DNA from: Alphaproteobacteria bacterium | Lineage (GTDB): Bacteria > Pseudomonadota > Alphaproteobacteria > CACIAM-22H2 | Assembly: GCA_044359885.1 (NCBI GenBank) | Contig: JBIKLI010000002.1 | Location: forward strand, 1-39,159 | Direction of reading: 5' to 3' | DNA length: 39,159 nucleotides | In this document: piece after piece, positions 36,937 to 39,159 of the stretch | How the letters are laid out: each line of letters opens with the position of its first letter | Position numbering within the stretch: position 1 is the first letter of the stretch | The notes under the pieces: generated by a model | What the model was told of the DNA's origin: nothing | What the model saw: only the letters and a program-made list of their open reading frames with translations | Databases searched by the model: none | Position numbers and translations under genes: made by a program

Positions 36937-38097
36937 TCATCCGGCCGCCGACTTGAACGGGCTGTGCGCGCGCAGTTCTTCCATCGCGCGGATGACAGCC
37001 GGCGTCTCGCGGCCGAGGAAATCCACGACCGCTTCGCGGAAGCCGCGGTCCCGGATCCAATGCGCGCTGTGGGTGGCGGCCGGCAGGTAGCCGCGCTGCA
37101 GCTTGTGCTCGCCCTGGGCGCCGGCCTCGACGCGGGAAAGGCCGCGGGCGATCGCGAAGTCGAGGGCGCGATAGTAGCAGGCCTCGAAATGCAGGTTCTT
37201 GAAGGCCTCGCTGGCGCCCCAGTTGCGGCCGTACAGCGTGTCCGCGCCGAGCAGGTTGAGCGCGCCCGCGACCCATTCTCCACGATGCCGCGCCAGGACC
37301 AGGACGACCCGGTCGCGCAGCGTCTCGTGCAGCCGTGCGAAGAAGGCCCTGGTCAGGTAGGGGTGTCCCCATTTGCGGTCGGATGTCGACAGGTAGAATT
37401 CGTGGAACGCGTCCCAGTGGGCCGGCTCCAGCGCGTCGCCGGTCAGGGTGACGAGTTCGACGCCGCTTGCGGCGACGTCGCGCCGCTCCTTGCGGATCGC
37501 CTTGCGCTTGGCGTGGCTGAGGGCGGCGAGAAACGCCTCGAAATCGGCATAGCCGCGATTCTCCCAGTGGAACTGGAAGCCGGTGCGCACGGCCATCCCG
37601 GCGGCGGCGAAGGCGTCGATGTCCGCCGGTTCGCAGAATGTCGCGTGCAGCGAGGAGACCCGGGCGGCTTCGGCGAGGGCCACGAGGCCGCGGGCGAAGG
37701 CGGCGCGCACGCTGTCGTCGCCCTTGTCGCGCAGCAGCAGCCGCGGGCCCGGGACCGGCGTGAACGGGACCGCCAGCTGCAGCTTCGGATAGTAGCGACC
37801 GCCGGCCCGCGCATAGGCCTCGGCCCAGCCATGGTCGAAGACATACTCCCCGTAGGAATGTGTCTTGATGTAGAGCGGGGCGCAGGCCAGCAAGCGACCC
37901 GCGGCGTCGTGAAGAACGGCGTGGTGCGGGATCCAGCCGGTCCGTTCGCCGACGGAGCCGGAGTCCTCCAGCGCCGACAGGAAGGCATGGCCGACGAAGG
38001 GATTCGCCTCGCCTGCGCATAGATCCCATTGCGCGGCGGGGACGCGCGCGATGGAGTCGACGACCGAGAGCCCGGCGCCGTCCGCCCCGCCGGTCAT
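36937..38097 (-). CDS. GNAT-fold acyltransferase of the FemAB-like/DUF482 (COG3146) family
   Basis: 386 aa. FLSALEDSGSV...GW.P.H, SYGEYVFDHGWA and YYPKLQLAVPFTPVPGPRLL are the patterns I associate with COG3146 proteins. Confidence 0.75.
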   Translation of the reverse strand: MTGGADGAGLSVVDSIARVPAAQWDLCAGEANPFVGHAFLSALEDSGSVGERTGWIPHHAVLHDAAGRLLACAPLYIKTHSYGEYVFDHGWAEAYARAGGRYYPKLQLAVPFTPVPGPRLLLRDKGDDSVRAAFARGLVALAEAARVSSLHATFCEPADIDAFAAAGMAVRTGFQFHWENRGYADFEAFLAALSHAKRKAIRKERRDVAASGVELVTLTGDALEPAHWDAFHEFYLSTSDRKWGHPYLTRAFFARLHETLRDRVVLVLARHRGEWVAGALNLLGADTLYGRNWGASEAFKNLHFEACYYRALDFAIARGLSRVEAGAQGEHKLQRGYLPAATHSAHWIRDRGFREAVVDFLGRETPAVIRAMEELRAHSPFKSAAG

Positions 38098-38110
38098 CCG
38101 CGCGCAGCCG

Positions 38111-38581
38111 TCAGGCGATCTCGAACACCGCTTCGACCTCGGTCGCGACGCCGAGCGGCAGCGATCCCATGCCGACAGCCGAGCGCGCGTGCCGGCCCTT
38201 GTCGCCGAACACCGCGACCACGAGGTCGGAGGCGCCGTTGATGACCTTGGGATGATCCGCGAAATCCGGCGTGGCGTTGACGAAACCGACGAGCTTCACG
38301 CAGCGCTGGACACGGTCGAGGTCGCCGTCGCAGGCGCGGCGCATGGCCGCCAGGACGTTGATCGCGCACAGGCGCGCGGCCTGATAGCCTTCCTCGATGC
38401 CGAATTCGCGTCCGAGCTTGCCGACATAGGCGAGCTTGCCGGACGCGTCGAACGTGACCTGGCCGGCGGTGAAGACGAGACTGCCGGTGCGCACGAACGG
38501 GACGTAATTCGCGGCCGGCGCCGCCGGATTGGGGAGCACGATTCCGAGTTCCGCGAGTCGCGCGTCGATCTGGCCGGCCAT
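38111..38581 (-). CDS. RidA/YjgF family protein
   Basis: 156 aa: YVPFVRTGSLVFTAGQV, RVKLVGFVNA-like (VKLVGFVNAT), SAVGMGSLPLGVATEVEAVFEI. Lies 13 nt upstream of the GNAT gene on the same strand. The track ORF to 39049 is an out-of-frame extension. Confidence 0.85.
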   Translation of the reverse strand: MAGQIDARLAELGIVLPNPAAPAANYVPFVRTGSLVFTAGQVTFDASGKLAYVGKLGREFGIEEGYQAARLCAINVLAAMRRACDGDLDRVQRCVKLVGFVNATPDFADHPKVINGASDLVVAVFGDKGRHARSAVGMGSLPLGVATEVEAVFEIA

Positions 38582-38677
38582 GACGATGTTTCTCCCTCGC
38601 AAAGCGTGCCGCAGGATAGCGCGCGCGGCCGCGATTGTGCCACAGTGTCGCCACACCGATCCCGGAGCGTCGACCGG

Positions 38678-39159
38678 ATGCGCATCACCCGCCGCGCCGC
38701 GCTCGCCAGGCTTCTGGCGCCGGCCTTCTCCGCGCCGTTTCTTCCCGGCCGGGCCTGGGCCCAGGCCGCCGGAACGCAGGCGGACATCTTCGCCCTCAAG
38801 GTCGACTACAGCGCGACCAGCGTATTGGGGGCCGGCGACAACGCGCCGCGCGGCCGGCTGTGGCGCGCCGGCCGGGCGCTGCGCCACGAAAGCGGCCAGG
38901 GCCAGACGCAGACGCTGATCGTGCGGCTGGATCGCAACATCGGCTGGCTGGCGCTGGCCGATCTCGGCATCGCGATCGAGAGCGACCTGTCGGCGCTGGA
39001 TCTGCCGCTGCAGGTGCTCGACGGCAACGGCGGGGGCGGCGTCATTCAACTGCGCGAAGGGCGCGAGCGCGTCAACGGGCTCGACACGACACGGGTTTGG
39101 GTGGAGCGCAGCGCCGGGTCGGGCAGCGGCTTCAGCGGCCGCGTCTGGGTGACCGATCA
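38678..39159 (+). CDS. hypothetical secreted protein, N-terminal fragment (3' end outside the window)
   Basis: Absent from the ORF track because no stop is reached. ATG at 38678, then MRITRRAALARLLAPAFSAPFLPGRAWAQAAG (signal peptide with an AWA-Q cleavage-like site). High GC3, open to the window edge. Confidence 0.55.
   Translation, partial: MRITRRAALARLLAPAFSAPFLPGRAWAQAAGTQADIFALKVDYSATSVLGAGDNAPRGRLWRAGRALRHESGQGQTQTLIVRLDRNIGWLALADLGIAIESDLSALDLPLQVLDGNGGGGVIQLREGRERVNGLDTTRVWVERSAGSGSGFSGRVWVTD

Overview
High-G+C, densely coding chromosomal segment of alphaproteobacterial type (DUF1489 gene, alpha-type phasin, clpS-clpA, SPOR-tagged DD-carboxypeptidase). I support about 41 protein-coding genes. 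I see no rRNA, tRNA, CRISPR array, transposase, integrase or phage gene, and no gene I recognise as a transcription factor. Gene order, left to right: (1) leucine/isovalerate catabolism genes, with an ivd fragment at the left edge and mccB-liuC-mccA further on, separated by RidA, SDR, a second acyl-CoA dehydrogenase, a DsbA-like isomerase and a large MscS channel; (2) a DUF1489 gene coupled to mccA, then a 2-hydroxyacid dehydrogenase; (3) a single low-G+C orphan gene; (4) soxYZ convergent with fccAB (flavocytochrome c sulfide dehydrogenase); (5) an NADP-dependent oxidoreductase; (6) a four-gene minus-strand operon of GS-like ligase, aldehyde dehydrogenase, Fe-alcohol dehydrogenase and TauD-family dioxygenase; (7) a TPR methyltransferase; (8) an AMP-forming acyl-CoA synthetase translationally coupled to inorganic pyrophosphatase; (9) a VWA protein coupled to a membrane J-domain protein; (10) galU-ugd-phosphoglucomutase plus a GGCT-like gene; (11) a DD-carboxypeptidase with a SPOR domain; (12) a lipoprotein; (13) a phasin gene with a promoter overlapped by repeated operator-like motifs; (14) clpS-clpA; (15) a PQQ sugar dehydrogenase; (16) a RidA-GNAT pair; (17) a 3'-truncated secreted protein. 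I find no convincing defence, toxin or mobile system. The best candidates for under-described biology are the GS-like/ALDH/ADH/TauD operon, the low-G+C orphan gene, the VWA/J-domain pair and the synthetase-pyrophosphatase coupling with its missing canonical start codon. All functional calls come from motif and family recognition by eye. No database search was run.
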